45,172 nucleotides of DNA, taken from contig NHDL02000002.1 of NCBI GenBank assembly GCA_002167555.2, positions 86,072-131,243 of the forward strand. Direction: 5' to 3'. The translations under genes and the position numbers were made by a program. Shown here piece by piece: positions 9,616 through 20,049 of the stretch; the stretch's first letter is position 1, and each line of letters opens with the position of its first letter. Under the pieces are notes generated by a model. It was not told the DNA's origin, searched no databases, and saw only the letters and a list, made by a program, of their open reading frames with translations. Origin of the DNA: Deltaproteobacteria bacterium TMED58. Lineage in GTDB: Bacteria; Desulfobacterota_D; UBA1144.

Positions 9616-10704
9616 TTAATTTTTAATCCTTACCTGGTCATTATCCTGAAGCTTGGCTTGGCCATTAGTTATAATTTTATATTGGGGAGGGATTTTATTT
9701 TCTGGCACTATTAGAATTTTATTATTTAACCGTATCGGAAGAATTCTTATTTTTTTTACTTTTAAGTCTTTCATAATAAAAAGATAATAGTTGTCTTCTT
9801 CCATAGTAACTGCCGAGGTAGGGAATGAAATATGATTTTTGTACTCTGCAATTATGATTTCTAGTTCAACTACTTCTCCAGGGATGAAAGTTTTATCCTC
9901 ATTGCTAATTTCGAACTCTAGCTTATAAGATGGGGCATCATTACTCATTTGCCTTCCTATGCCAAGTAGTTTTGCTTCAATTGAATATTTATTGTTTTTA
10001 ACCAATAGAGGACCCTTAGAATTTCTAATTTTCTCAGCATTTTCAGAACTAATATTTGCCTTACCAATTAATAGATTATTATCTAGGAACTGTATTAACT
10101 GAGCACCCCTAGAAATTTTTTGACCAATGTCAAAGAAGTACTTATTTATGTATCCGTCAAATGGAGCTCTAATGCTTAAATTATCAAATTCCCATAATAC
10201 TTTCTTATATCTTATTTTTTGAGCCTCATATTCAAATTTATATGACCTATATAGATTCCACTGTGTTTCTTTTTCTTTATCTGAAATTATATTTTTTTCA
10301 TGAAGCTTCAAACTATTTTTATAATTCGAGGAAGCTTCATCAAGCCTTGCTTTTGAAGCTTCTAGTAAATCTTCCGACTCCTTAAGTTCAAGCACCTTTC
10401 TTGTATCGGTCATTTGCATTATAATTTGACCTTTTTTAACAAAATCACCTATTTGAAACTCTTTATTTTTGATGGTTCCGTCAGTTTCAGAAATTATTAT
10501 AATACTTTTATTGCTATGTAATTTGGCTAAAAAATAGGACTTTTTCGCAAAATTTTCTACTTTTCTTTCGATGATTTCAACTTTTGGAGTTAATGGCTCC
10601 GGCGCTACAATAGCTTTTTTGGCAAATTTTATGTAATAGATTGAAGCCAATATTAAAGAAAATATTAAAAAGAATAAAAAAAGGCCTCTTTTCTTCGCCA
10701 ACAT
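9616..10704 (-). CDS. RND periplasmic adaptor (membrane fusion protein)
   Basis: N-terminal TM, GDFVKKGQ and IRAPFDG lipoyl-like halves flanking a coiled coil; adjacent to the RND gene. Confidence 0.9.
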   Translation of the reverse strand: MLAKKRGLFLFFLIFSLILASIYYIKFAKKAIVAPEPLTPKVEIIERKVENFAKKSYFLAKLHSNKSIIIISETDGTIKNKEFQIGDFVKKGQIIMQMTDTRKVLELKESEDLLEASKARLDEASSNYKNSLKLHEKNIISDKEKETQWNLYRSYKFEYEAQKIRYKKVLWEFDNLSIRAPFDGYINKYFFDIGQKISRGAQLIQFLDNNLLIGKANISSENAEKIRNSKGPLLVKNNKYSIEAKLLGIGRQMSNDAPSYKLEFEISNEDKTFIPGEVVELEIIIAEYKNHISFPTSAVTMEEDNYYLFIMKDLKVKKIRILPIRLNNKILIVPENKIPPQYKIITNGQAKLQDNDQVRIKN

Positions 10705-10741
10705 TATGCTGATTAATATACATGATTTTAAAAGATAAAAT

Positions 10742-10770
10742 TTGCATTTTTAGTATTAAAAAACTATTAT
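10742..10770 (+). promoter_or_regulatory. Putative promoter of hup
   Basis: TTGCAT-17 bp-TATTAT; SD aggagg downstream. Confidence 0.55.
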
Positions 10771-10821
10771 TAGGAAAAAAGGTACTTTACTTAATATTTA
10801 GTACTTAGGAGGCTTATAATT

Positions 10822-11100
10822 ATGGCGTTAACAAAATCACAAATTTCTAGTGCACTAGCTGAGAAATTAGGCATTTCTAAAGCTGATGCAACCCGTTTTA
10901 TGGAATCTTTTGCTGAGCTGGCATGTTCTGAAGCTAAAGCAAGTGGGACTTTTACTGTACCTGGATTAGGAAAACTTGTCCTAGTGGATCGTAAAGCAAG
11001 ACAAGGAAGGAATCCTCAGACTGGTGAAGTAATTCAGATTCCTGCAAAGAAGGTTGTAAAATTTAGAATTGCTAAAGCATGTAAAGATTCAATTTTATAG
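10822..11100 (+). CDS. hup: HU family DNA-binding protein
   Basis: GLGKL...RKARQGRNPQTGE.IQIPAKKVVKF. Confidence 0.95.
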   Translation: MALTKSQISSALAEKLGISKADATRFMESFAELACSEAKASGTFTVPGLGKLVLVDRKARQGRNPQTGEVIQIPAKKVVKFRIAKACKDSIL

Positions 11101-11110
11101 ATTTATTTAT

Positions 11111-11152
11111 AGAATGGAATTATCTCTAAGATAATTCCATTCTTATTCTTTT
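11111..11152 (+). terminator. Perfect 15-bp inverted repeat, likely hup terminator, overlapping the coaBC 3' end
   Basis: agaatggaattatct-cta-agataattccattct (11111-11143) followed by tattctttt. Confidence 0.75.
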
Positions 11153-12349
11153 AATATAGTCCCCTATTTTAATAGACAAGTTTGGTTTTGAAATGAGCCC
11201 CAAGTCTTCCACAGACTTATTTTTTGACACCATATAAGTAAAATTATTATTTTTACCGAATCCTGAATCAGGGAATGATATGTCATTGGCTACTATTAAG
11301 TCCAAATTCTTATTCTTAATCTTCTTCATGGCATTATTAATTGTATTCTCAGTTTCAGCACTAAATCCAATTAGAATTTGATTTGGTTTTTTTTCTTGAC
11401 CAAGCCTAGCTAAGATATCATTTGTTTTTTCCATCTCAAAATTAATTCCACTATCATTTTTTTTAACTTTATTTTTTTTAAATTTTTTAAATTTATAATC
11501 ACCAACTGCGGCCGCTTTTATTATTACAGTGAACTTATTCAAATCTTTAAATACCTCACGTTCCATATCTTCAACTGATTCACATTTTACTGTATTAAAA
11601 TTACTAGCGAATTTTTCTTCCATATGCCCACATATAATTTTTGTTTTTGCGCCTCTTGCCTCTAAAACTTTAGCTAGGGCCAACCCCATCTTACCAGAAG
11701 ATGGATTTGATATGAATCTTATGGGATCCAGATACTCTCTAGTTGCACCACAAGTAATTAATATATTTTCTTCTGTTAAATCCTTATTTTGGTCTTTTTT
11801 TTTAATAAAATTAAAAATTTTTTCCGGTTCGGCTAGGCGTCCTTTTCCTTCCCAACCGCATGCAAGTTCACCACTATCAGGCTCTACAAATTCCACACCA
11901 TACTCCTGAAGTTTATTGATATTTTTTTGTATTACTGGATTTTCATACATATTTACATTCATTGCCGGGCAGATTATGACTCTTGATTTAGTTGCTAATA
12001 GTATATTTAGTAAAAGATTGTCTGCAATTCCATTAGAATATTTTGAGATAAAATTTGCAGTTGCAGGACATATTAAAATCAGGTCTGCTGAATCAGCGAT
12101 ATTAATATGAGAAATTTCTGATTCGTTCTCATCATACATATTTGACAAGACCTTGTTTCCAGATAAATATTGGAAAGTCATTTTACTTACAAATTTCTCA
12201 GCATTTTTTGTCATAGCAACAGTAACTTTAGCACCTTCCTTAATAAGCAGTCTGACCATTTCGCAGGCTTTATAGGCTGAAATGCCACCGGTTACTCCCA
12301 AAATTATATTTTTATTTATTAAACTATCTTTGCTTTTAATTTTTACCAT
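11126..12349 (-). CDS. coaBC: Phosphopantothenoylcysteine decarboxylase/ligase
   Basis: [46 protein letters not shown]. Confidence 0.96.
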   Translation of the reverse strand: MVKIKSKDSLINKNIILGVTGGISAYKACEMVRLLIKEGAKVTVAMTKNAEKFVSKMTFQYLSGNKVLSNMYDENESEISHINIADSADLILICPATANFISKYSNGIADNLLLNILLATKSRVIICPAMNVNMYENPVIQKNINKLQEYGVEFVEPDSGELACGWEGKGRLAEPEKIFNFIKKKDQNKDLTEENILITCGATREYLDPIRFISNPSSGKMGLALAKVLEARGAKTKIICGHMEEKFASNFNTVKCESVEDMEREVFKDLNKFTVIIKAAAVGDYKFKKFKKNKVKKNDSGINFEMEKTNDILARLGQEKKPNQILIGFSAETENTINNAMKKIKNKNLDLIVANDISFPDSGFGKNNNFTYMVSKNKSVEDLGLISKPNLSIKIGDYIKRIRMELS

Positions 12350-14012
12350 CTGTTATTGCACCTTCAGAAGCTGAGCTAACTAATGCTGAATATTTATAAA
12401 TTGCACCTGTCAAATGTTTTTGTGAGGGCTTTTTCCATTTTTTTTGTCTGGCAGCTATTTCTTTTTTAGTAATCTTGATTTCAAGTAATCTTCTAGATGA
12501 ATCAATCTTGATAACATCATTATTTTTAATAATAGATATAAGCCCGCCGTCAAAGGCTTCGGGTGTTACATGTCCAACCACGAAACCATGAGTACCACCA
12601 GAAAATCTCCCATCTGTTATAAAAGCAACATCTGAGCCCAATCCTTGACCCATGATGGCTGATGTTGGAGCTAACATTTCTCTCATTCCTGGACCACCTT
12701 TTGGCCCTTCATATCTTATTACAATTACATGTCCTTTTTTAATTTTCTTTTTTAATATTGACTCCATACATTCTTCCTCTGAATCAAAAACAATTGCGGG
12801 TCCTTCGAATACTAGACCTTCTTTTCCAGAAATTTTTGCAACTGCTCCATCTGGTGAAATATTCCCCTTGAGTATAACAAGGTGACTATCCTTCTTAATA
12901 GGGTTAGAAATGTCTCTTATTATTTTATTTCCCAAATTATCTTTTACATTTTTTAAATTTTCTTTCATTGTCTTTCCAGTAACTGTTAAACATTCACCAT
13001 GTAAAAGATTATTATCTAACAGCCTTTTAAGTAACGGAGGAAGGCCACCAATCTCACAAAATTTTGCCATTACATGAGAGCCACTGGGCTTTAAATCAGC
13101 TAGAACGGGAACTTTTTTTCCAATTCTTGTAAAATCATCAATGGAAATTTTTACTTTTATAGCTTTAGCCATTGCAATTAAATGAAGAACAGAATTTGTT
13201 GAACCTCCTAGGGCGATTGTAACAGTTATTGCGTTCTCAAATGCTTTTTTTGTCATTATATCGCTTGGCCTAATATTTTTTTTGACAAGATTAATTAAAG
13301 CTTTGCCGGAGTTTAAACAATCCTTTTTTTTGTTGGGAGATATTGCTATTTGAGTTGAGCTCCCAGGCAAGCTCATACCTAATGCCTCAATAGCTGAAGC
13401 CATGGTGTTGGCGGTATACATCCCGCCACAAGAGCCTGGTCCAGGTATTGCTGATTTCTCTATTTGTTCTAATTCTTTTCTTGAAATTTGTTTATTGGAA
13501 TAAGATCCTACAGCTTCAAAGACAGATACAACATCAATAGGTTTTTTCTTATGGATTCCAGGCATTATTGATCCACCATAAATAAAAATAGATGGTCTAT
13601 CAAGTCTTGCCATCGCAATAAGACAACCAGGCATATTTTTATCACAACCACCAATAGTAATAACGCCATCAAATCCCTCTGCAGCAGAAACAGTTTCTAT
13701 TGAATCAGCAATTACTTCTCTTGATATAAGTGAGTATTTCATTCCAGGAGTTCCCATAGAAATCCCATCAGAAACTGTAATTGTATTAAAGATTACAGCT
13801 TTACCACCATTTGTATTAGCTCCTTTGGCAGCTTGATTTGCCAACCCATCTATGTGCATATTGCATGGTGTAACCATTGCCCATGTAGAGGCAATCCCTA
13901 TTATTGGCTTATTAAAATCAGGATTAGTAAAACCTACAGCCCTTAACATTGCTCTGTTAGGAGCCTTATCAAGTCCGTTGGTTACAAAAGATGAAAATTT
14001 TTTGTTTTTCAT
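12336..14012 (-). CDS. ilvD: Dihydroxy-acid dehydratase
   Basis: [42 protein letters not shown]. Confidence 0.97.
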   Translation of the reverse strand: MKNKKFSSFVTNGLDKAPNRAMLRAVGFTNPDFNKPIIGIASTWAMVTPCNMHIDGLANQAAKGANTNGGKAVIFNTITVSDGISMGTPGMKYSLISREVIADSIETVSAAEGFDGVITIGGCDKNMPGCLIAMARLDRPSIFIYGGSIMPGIHKKKPIDVVSVFEAVGSYSNKQISRKELEQIEKSAIPGPGSCGGMYTANTMASAIEALGMSLPGSSTQIAISPNKKKDCLNSGKALINLVKKNIRPSDIMTKKAFENAITVTIALGGSTNSVLHLIAMAKAIKVKISIDDFTRIGKKVPVLADLKPSGSHVMAKFCEIGGLPPLLKRLLDNNLLHGECLTVTGKTMKENLKNVKDNLGNKIIRDISNPIKKDSHLVILKGNISPDGAVAKISGKEGLVFEGPAIVFDSEEECMESILKKKIKKGHVIVIRYEGPKGGPGMREMLAPTSAIMGQGLGSDVAFITDGRFSGGTHGFVVGHVTPEAFDGGLISIIKNNDVIKIDSSRRLLEIKITKKEIAARQKKWKKPSQKHLTGAIYKYSALVSSASEGAITDGKN

Positions 14013-14614
14013 TATTTTAGATTGCTTTCAACAGCTTCCCAATTAATAATTTCCCAAAAAGCGTTTATATAGTCTGGCCTTTTATTCTGATAGTTAAGGT
14101 AGTAAGCGTGCTCCCAAACATCTATTCCTAATATAGGATTTAGACCAGAAGAAATAGGAGTATCTTGGTTTGGTGTTGAAAGAGTCACGAGTTTTCCACT
14201 CTTATCTTGGCACAGCCATCCCCACCCACTCCCAAATTGTTTAGTAGCTTTTTCATTAAATTCTGATTTAAAATTATCAAAACTTTCAAAAGAATCTGTA
14301 ATTAAGCTATTCATATTCTCACTAGGTTTGCTGTCAGACTTTGGTCCAATAATTTGCCAAAATAATGTGTGATTATAATGACCACCACCACCATTTCTAA
14401 CTGCAACTCTAATTGATTCAGGTATTTGATCCAGATTCGCTAACAAATCTTCTAAGCTTTTTTCAAAAAGCTCTGGGTAAGATTCTAGTGCTTTATTTAA
14501 GTTGGTTATATATGTTTGATGATGTTTTGAATGGTGAATCTCCATTGTTTTTGCATCAATGTAAGGTTCTAATGCATCATAAGAATATTGAAGTCTTGGT
14601 AGTTCAAAAGCCAT
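14012..14614 (-). CDS. sodA: Superoxide dismutase with Mn-type signature
   Basis: [37 protein letters not shown]; GGH and NQD are the Mn-type discriminators. Confidence 0.9.
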   Translation of the reverse strand: MAFELPRLQYSYDALEPYIDAKTMEIHHSKHHQTYITNLNKALESYPELFEKSLEDLLANLDQIPESIRVAVRNGGGGHYNHTLFWQIIGPKSDSKPSENMNSLITDSFESFDNFKSEFNEKATKQFGSGWGWLCQDKSGKLVTLSTPNQDTPISSGLNPILGIDVWEHAYYLNYQNKRPDYINAFWEIINWEAVESNLK

Positions 14615-14679
14615 AGTGGCACCTCTCTTTTAGTAATTTATATACTCTTAAATATACACTATGAAAAAAATTTTTGCAT

Positions 14680-15567
14680 TTACCAGCTTTTTTTTGAATT
14701 GAATATTATTGATAAAAGTTTATATGCCAATTTTGCAGTAATAAAATTACATGAATTTATATTTTTAATTGGTGCCAGCTCTGTGATGTCTGCACCAATT
14801 ACATTAGAATTTTCACTGATAGCTTGGATTAAATTAAGTGTTTCATCCCAAAATAACCCACCCGGCTCTGGTGTCCCTGTTGCTGGCATTAGGCTGGGGT
14901 CAAATACATCGACATCAAATGTAATATATACATTTTTATCCTGGATAAATTTCTTGATTTTTTTTAAATCCCATGATTTTTTATCTTTTGCATAAAAAGT
15001 ATAGATTCTAGTCTTATTATTTTTTATAAAAATAATCTCTTCCTCTGATGTACTTCTAACCCCGATTGATACTAGCTTTAAATTTTTATTATCTAAACAT
15101 CTTCTCATAGTACATGCATGAGAAAATTTATCGGATTTATATTTATCTCTTAAGTCTGAATGAGCATCAAATTGTACAAGAACTAAATCTTTGACTCTTT
15201 TAGTTATAGAATTAATGGCACCAATAGTTATTGAATGCTCCCCGCCCAAAATTAGTGGAAATTTATTTATATCTAAAACAGAATCAATTATTTTTTCTAA
15301 GTTACTAATAGCATTTATTGTATTGCCCAATTTTTGCTTAACTTTTAATGTTCTAATCCCAATTTTTTTAATTGGTTCATATTTTAGATCCTCATCATAT
15401 AGTTCTAACTGATGTGAGGCCAAAATAATTTCACTCGGCCCCTTTTTTGTACCGGTACCGTAACTAACAGAGTTTTCTAAGGGATAAGGAACTATAATTG
15501 CTTGATAATTATCTTTTTTTGAATATTCAATACCTAGAAAATTCTTTTTTGAATTTTGAAAAATCAT
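14680..15567 (-). CDS. speB: Agmatinase
   Basis: GGEHSIT, DAHSD, DVDVFDP...PATGTP; start moved to the ATG at 15567, just past the ispF stop. Confidence 0.9.
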   Translation of the reverse strand: MIFQNSKKNFLGIEYSKKDNYQAIIVPYPLENSVSYGTGTKKGPSEIILASHQLELYDEDLKYEPIKKIGIRTLKVKQKLGNTINAISNLEKIIDSVLDINKFPLILGGEHSITIGAINSITKRVKDLVLVQFDAHSDLRDKYKSDKFSHACTMRRCLDNKNLKLVSIGVRSTSEEEIIFIKNNKTRIYTFYAKDKKSWDLKKIKKFIQDKNVYITFDVDVFDPSLMPATGTPEPGGLFWDETLNLIQAISENSNVIGADITELAPIKNINSCNFITAKLAYKLLSIIFNSKKSW

Positions 15568-15569
15568 AG

Positions 15570-16058
15570 CTATATATTTTTTTCTATTTTTTGAAGCAAC
15601 ACTATTGTTTTGCAAGCTATTGCTTCATTTTTACCAATGGGTCCTAGACCTTCAAATGTTGTGGCTTTGATTGATATATTTTTCATATTTATTCTTATTA
15701 TTGAACTCAACGACTTTCTTATTTTATTTTTATATCTAGATAAGTTTGGTTTTTCGCATATAATCGTGGAATCAATATTAACAATTCCATATGATTCTTT
15801 ATCTAGTAATTTTAATATTTTTTTAAGAAAGTAGGTACTTCTTTTGTTCTTATTCTTTTGCTCTTTGTTACTGAAATGTTCACCAATATCACCCAGAGCT
15901 AGAGCTCCTAGGATTGCATCACAAATAGTATGAATTAACAAGTCAGCATCAGAATGACCGTCTAGACCTAATTTGCTAGGAATGTTTATGCCACCAATAT
16001 AAAGCTTTCTTCTTTCTTTAGTTCTATGAATATCAAATCCAAGACCGATTCTATACAT
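15570..16058 (-). CDS. ispF: 2-C-methyl-D-erythritol 2,4-cyclodiphosphate synthase
   Basis: RIGLGFDIH, GHSDAD, GDIGEHF, IKATT. Confidence 0.95.
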   Translation of the reverse strand: MYRIGLGFDIHRTKERRKLYIGGINIPSKLGLDGHSDADLLIHTICDAILGALALGDIGEHFSNKEQKNKNKRSTYFLKKILKLLDKESYGIVNIDSTIICEKPNLSRYKNKIRKSLSSIIRINMKNISIKATTFEGLGPIGKNEAIACKTIVLLQKIEKNI

Positions 16059-16737
16059 CTTTCAAAAGCTTTTTATAAATACTTAAATCCTTTTTAGTTG
16101 TTATTTTATTATTATATTCTAAATTCTCATAGATTTTAATCTTAAAATTATTTTTCTCTAAAAGTTGGGATTCATCTGTGTATGACTGAAAATCAATCCT
16201 ATTTGAATAGCATTTTTCTAGAGCTGAATATTTAAAAATTTGTGGTGTTTGTGCTTTCCACAAACTCTTTCTATCTATTGTTTGAAGAATTGTTCCTTTT
16301 CTATTTTCTTTAATTGTATCAGTGATTTTAGAGGCAAGAATAACACCATGAGAACTCTTGATTTCCTTAGTAATATTATTCAAAAAACTAAAATTAAAAT
16401 TAGGTCTAACAGAATCATGAATCACCACTAAATTCCTTTTGTTCTTTATTTCCATAAAAGCTCTATAAACACTCTTTGATCTAGAATTTGAGCCATAAAC
16501 AATCTTGATATTATCCAAACCAAAGTTTTGAAGTTCCTTATAAATTGATTCTTCTTTTATTGATTTGTTAATTGTTAAGAAAATTTCACTGACATTTTTT
16601 ATTTTTTTGATGGAAAGTAAGGGATAAATATAAATTGGAATTTTATTTATTTTTTCAAACTGCTTTGGACGAGTACTTCCAAATCTAGTACCTTTTCCAG
16701 CGGCTGTTACGATAATCGAAAGCATTTGCTCAGACAT
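16051..16737 (-). CDS. ispD: 2-C-methyl-D-erythritol 4-phosphate cytidylyltransferase
   Basis: AAGKGTRF....KQF, HDSVRP, AQTPQ, TDE, N.KITT; first ATG at 16737. Confidence 0.93.
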   Translation of the reverse strand: MSEQMLSIIVTAAGKGTRFGSTRPKQFEKINKIPIYIYPLLSIKKIKNVSEIFLTINKSIKEESIYKELQNFGLDNIKIVYGSNSRSKSVYRAFMEIKNKRNLVVIHDSVRPNFNFSFLNNITKEIKSSHGVILASKITDTIKENRKGTILQTIDRKSLWKAQTPQIFKYSALEKCYSNRIDFQSYTDESQLLEKNNFKIKIYENLEYNNKITTKKDLSIYKKLLKDV

Positions 16738-16760
16738 GAAATTAATAATAAGCAAGTACT

Positions 16761-17759
16761 CTAATCATGTAAATCACCTACTTTAGAGAAAATCATTCTT
16801 CCAGTAGGTGTTTGAATTACGCTTGTAATTACAATATCAACAAATTCGCTTATATGTTTTTTACCATTATCAATTACGACCATGGTCCCATCATCGAGGT
16901 ATCCAACACCTTGTTTTTCATCTTTGCCTGATTTTGAAACTTTAATTTTCATTTTTTCACCAGGTAGTATTACAGGCCTTAAGGAATTTGCTAGTTGGTT
17001 AACATTCAATACTCTTACGCCCTGGAGGTTTGCAACTTTGGTTAAATTGAAATCATTGGTAACTAAATGAGCAGTTAACTCTTTGGCCAGCCTCACTAAT
17101 TTTAAATCAACCTCTTTTATATTTGTGAAGTCTCTATCAAAAATTTTAACTTTTACATCTTTTTGTTCTTGTAATGCCTTAAGAACTTCGAGACCTCTTC
17201 TCCCTCTGACTTTTTTTAAGCTGTCATTTGAATCTGCAATCCATTGCAATTCCCTAATTACAAATTGTGGAACAACTATAGTTCCTTCCACGAAACCTGC
17301 TTTTGAGATATCGGAAATTCTTCCGTCAATTATAGCGCTAGTATCTAAAACTTTACTATGAAAAAATTCGTTTTCTTTTTTATCTTCAGGGTCTGGTCCG
17401 CCACCTTTTTTAAGACCAACGGCAATACCAAGGCATAAAACAGATAAGAAAACAATTGGATAGGTATAAAAAGGATATCTACTATTTAGTCCAATCATCT
17501 CAGAAAAATATGCAAAGGTTAGAAAAAAGAGTAGGGCTGCAGCAGTTCCTATAGTTGCACCTATTAATGCTTTTGCACTTAAATCCGTAAAAAGTTTTTC
17601 AGAATAGTAAACAAAAAAGAAAGTCAAAAGTCCGCAAAATAGACCGATACCAACTGAATATGGAAGAATTAAGTTTCCTGCGGACTTTAAATTACCTAAG
17701 GTAATCCAGAATCCTGCAATAGAACTAAGAATAGTAAAAATAATCCTTAAGGGAGTCAT
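16761..17759 (-). CDS. Membrane PIN/TRAM-domain protein (YacL family)
   Basis: Four TMs, LDTSAIIDGRI, RGRRGL, TNDFNL, QGVGYLDDGTMVV; usual linkage to ispDF. Confidence 0.92.
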   Translation of the reverse strand: MTPLRIIFTILSSIAGFWITLGNLKSAGNLILPYSVGIGLFCGLLTFFFVYYSEKLFTDLSAKALIGATIGTAAALLFFLTFAYFSEMIGLNSRYPFYTYPIVFLSVLCLGIAVGLKKGGGPDPEDKKENEFFHSKVLDTSAIIDGRISDISKAGFVEGTIVVPQFVIRELQWIADSNDSLKKVRGRRGLEVLKALQEQKDVKVKIFDRDFTNIKEVDLKLVRLAKELTAHLVTNDFNLTKVANLQGVRVLNVNQLANSLRPVILPGEKMKIKVSKSGKDEKQGVGYLDDGTMVVIDNGKKHISEFVDIVITSVIQTPTGRMIFSKVGDLHD

Positions 17760-17765
17760 TTAAAA

Positions 17766-17826
17766 ATTATAATGAATAAGGGTTAATTAACAAGTTTATG
17801 TAAGACATTTTAAAAATGTGTATAAT
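17766..17826. promoter_or_regulatory. Divergent promoters of the YacL-like gene and purB
   Basis: TATAAT on minus strand (17766-17771) 6 nt before the ATG; TGTG-TATAAT on plus strand (17817-17826). Confidence 0.55.
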
Positions 17827-17839
17827 ATACTTTACCTAA

Positions 17840-19132
17840 ATGATAGACAGATATAGTACAAAAGAAATGCAAAATTTGTGGTCTGATGATAACAAATATC
17901 AGAAATGGCTAGATGTTGAACTTGCTGTCTGTGAAGCATGGTCATTCTATGGTCATATACCCAAACAATCTTTTTTACGTATAAAAAAAAGAGCAAAATT
18001 TAATACAAAAGAAATTGATATGCTGGAGAAGGTTATCAAGCATGATGTGATTGCATTTACTACTAATCTGGCAAAATCCATAGGTAAAGATTCGCGATTT
18101 GTACACCTAGGTTTAACGTCATCAGATGTTTTAGATACCTCACTATCTTTATTAATTGTAGATTCTGGAAATTTAATAAAAAAAGAGTTGAGTAATACAG
18201 TTAAGATTTTAACAAGGCTTGCAAAAGAACATATAAATACACCAATAATGGGTAGGTCGCATGGAATCCATGCCGAAGTAACTACATTCGGGCTAGTCGT
18301 TGCTAATTGGTTAGATGAAATGAAGCGCGCAAGAGATAGGTTAGAGAAGTCAATCAAAGTTTGTAGTGTAGGAAAGATGTCTGGAGCTGTTGGAACTTAT
18401 TCAAATGTTCTTCCGAAAATCGAGGCGAAGGCCTGTTCTATACTAAAGTTAAAACCGGCAAAAATTAGCAGTCAAATCATTAATAGAGATTATCATGCCG
18501 AGTACTTCACTTCGTTATCTTTTATAGCCTCTTCAATTGAGAGGATTTCAGTCCAGATTCGACATATGCAACGAACCGAGGTTTTAGAAGTTGAAGAGCC
18601 CTTTTCAAAAGGTCAGAAAGGCTCCTCTGCTATGCCACATAAAAGAAATCCTATTCTATCTGAAAATTTATCGGGTTTAGCTAGAATAGTTAGATCTAAT
18701 GCTCAAGCATCTTTTGAAAATATACCTCTATGGCATGAGAGAGATATTAGTCATTCTTCTGTAGAAAGAGTTATTGGGCCAGATTCTTCGACTTTAGTTC
18801 ATTTTATGCTTAAGAGATCTAATTACATGCTTCAAAATTTAAATGTCTATAAAGAAAATATGTTAAGAAATATCTGGAAAACTAATGGAGTAATATTTTC
18901 TCAAAATATTTTAGTTAAGCTAATAGAGAAAGGTTTATCTCGTGAGGAATCCTATAAAATGGTTCAAGACTTAGCATTTCAAGCATGGAACAATGACAAA
19001 AATTTTAAAGACTTATTGCTTTCAGATAAAAAGATAATGAATATTCTCAACAAAGAGGAGCTTGAAAATTGCTTTGCTTTCAATAGTCTTTTTAAAAATG
19101 CAAAGAGCATACTTTCAAGAGTTATGAAGTAA
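17840..19132 (+). CDS. purB: Adenylosuccinate lyase
   Basis: MIDRY, HDVIAF, GRSHGIHAE, GSSAMPHKRNP, LWHERDISHSSVER. Confidence 0.97.
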   Translation: MIDRYSTKEMQNLWSDDNKYQKWLDVELAVCEAWSFYGHIPKQSFLRIKKRAKFNTKEIDMLEKVIKHDVIAFTTNLAKSIGKDSRFVHLGLTSSDVLDTSLSLLIVDSGNLIKKELSNTVKILTRLAKEHINTPIMGRSHGIHAEVTTFGLVVANWLDEMKRARDRLEKSIKVCSVGKMSGAVGTYSNVLPKIEAKACSILKLKPAKISSQIINRDYHAEYFTSLSFIASSIERISVQIRHMQRTEVLEVEEPFSKGQKGSSAMPHKRNPILSENLSGLARIVRSNAQASFENIPLWHERDISHSSVERVIGPDSSTLVHFMLKRSNYMLQNLNVYKENMLRNIWKTNGVIFSQNILVKLIEKGLSREESYKMVQDLAFQAWNNDKNFKDLLLSDKKIMNILNKEELENCFAFNSLFKNAKSILSRVMK

Positions 19133-19995
19133 TGAACTTGGTTAGATTTACTCTTTTTATTCTTTTCTTTATTGTTGGTTGCGATTCTTTTAGGGGAGAC
19201 CAAGAAAAAGAAGTAATCCTTGATAAGAATAAAGTTTTAAAAGATTTTAAGGGTAAATTTTCAGCCATAATTCCTGATGAGTCAATTGTAACAATTAGCG
19301 CTATCAAAGATTCTCCTATTAAAGGATTAAAAGAGGGAGTAATACTTTTTAAGACTATGAACGAGACTCAACAGTTATCTTTTTTTATATCGAATGATGG
19401 AAGATATATAATATTTCAACCACAGGTTTATGATTTTTCAGGGCCTACAAGGAATCCTGATTTAATGAATTCAATTAATTATAATGGAGTTCCAAGTACA
19501 AATGATAGGTCTGATAGCATAAGGATAGTTGAATATTCCGATTTTCAATGTCCAGCATGCAAATACGGTGCAAATATAGTAGCTAGATTAAAAAGTGAAT
19601 ATGGAGATAAGATTACTTTTTATTTTAAACACTATCCTTTGAGTTTTCATAAGTGGGCTGATGATGCAGCTTATTTTACCTCTTGTATTAATGAAAAGCT
19701 TGGAGCAACAAATTTTTGGAAGGCACATGATTTAATTTTTGCAAATCAGGAAAAATTAAGCGAACAGTCTTTCAACGAAAATATAAATCAGATTTTTACT
19801 GCAAAGGTAAAATTTGACTTTAATTCATGTTTAAATTCAGAATCTAAATATTCAAAGTTTGTTGAATCAAGTATAGAAGAGGGTGTTTCTCTAGGTGTTA
19901 GATCTACTCCAACTTTTATTGTAGAGGGACATATAATCCCAGGAGCTGATTATAAAAAAATAAAAGATGCAATAGACACTTTCATTGAAAATTAA
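19132..19995 (+). CDS. DsbA/DsbC-like thiol-disulfide oxidoreductase, probable lipoprotein
   Basis: Lipobox IVGC, EYSDFQCPAC, GVRSTPTF. Confidence 0.88.
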   Translation: MNLVRFTLFILFFIVGCDSFRGDQEKEVILDKNKVLKDFKGKFSAIIPDESIVTISAIKDSPIKGLKEGVILFKTMNETQQLSFFISNDGRYIIFQPQVYDFSGPTRNPDLMNSINYNGVPSTNDRSDSIRIVEYSDFQCPACKYGANIVARLKSEYGDKITFYFKHYPLSFHKWADDAAYFTSCINEKLGATNFWKAHDLIFANQEKLSEQSFNENINQIFTAKVKFDFNSCLNSESKYSKFVESSIEEGVSLGVRSTPTFIVEGHIIPGADYKKIKDAIDTFIEN

Positions 19996-20049
19996 AAATG
20001 TTTTCTTCGTTTCTTGGAGTAATTTATATAAAGCTGGTGATATCTTAGT

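Noticed and set aside
6550-10704. RND/MFP pair lacking an outer-membrane factor as a novelty
   Set aside because: TolC-like genes are commonly encoded elsewhere; substrate cannot be inferred from this window.
15568-15615. Long ORF-track starts for speB (also ino1, atpD, sufD, rplS, ispD)
   Set aside because: They overlap upstream genes or use weak start codons; downstream ATGs fit family lengths and SD positions better.
16761-17759. PIN-domain toxin-antitoxin system
   Set aside because: Membrane PIN/TRAM (YacL) architecture in its usual ispDF context; no antitoxin gene.
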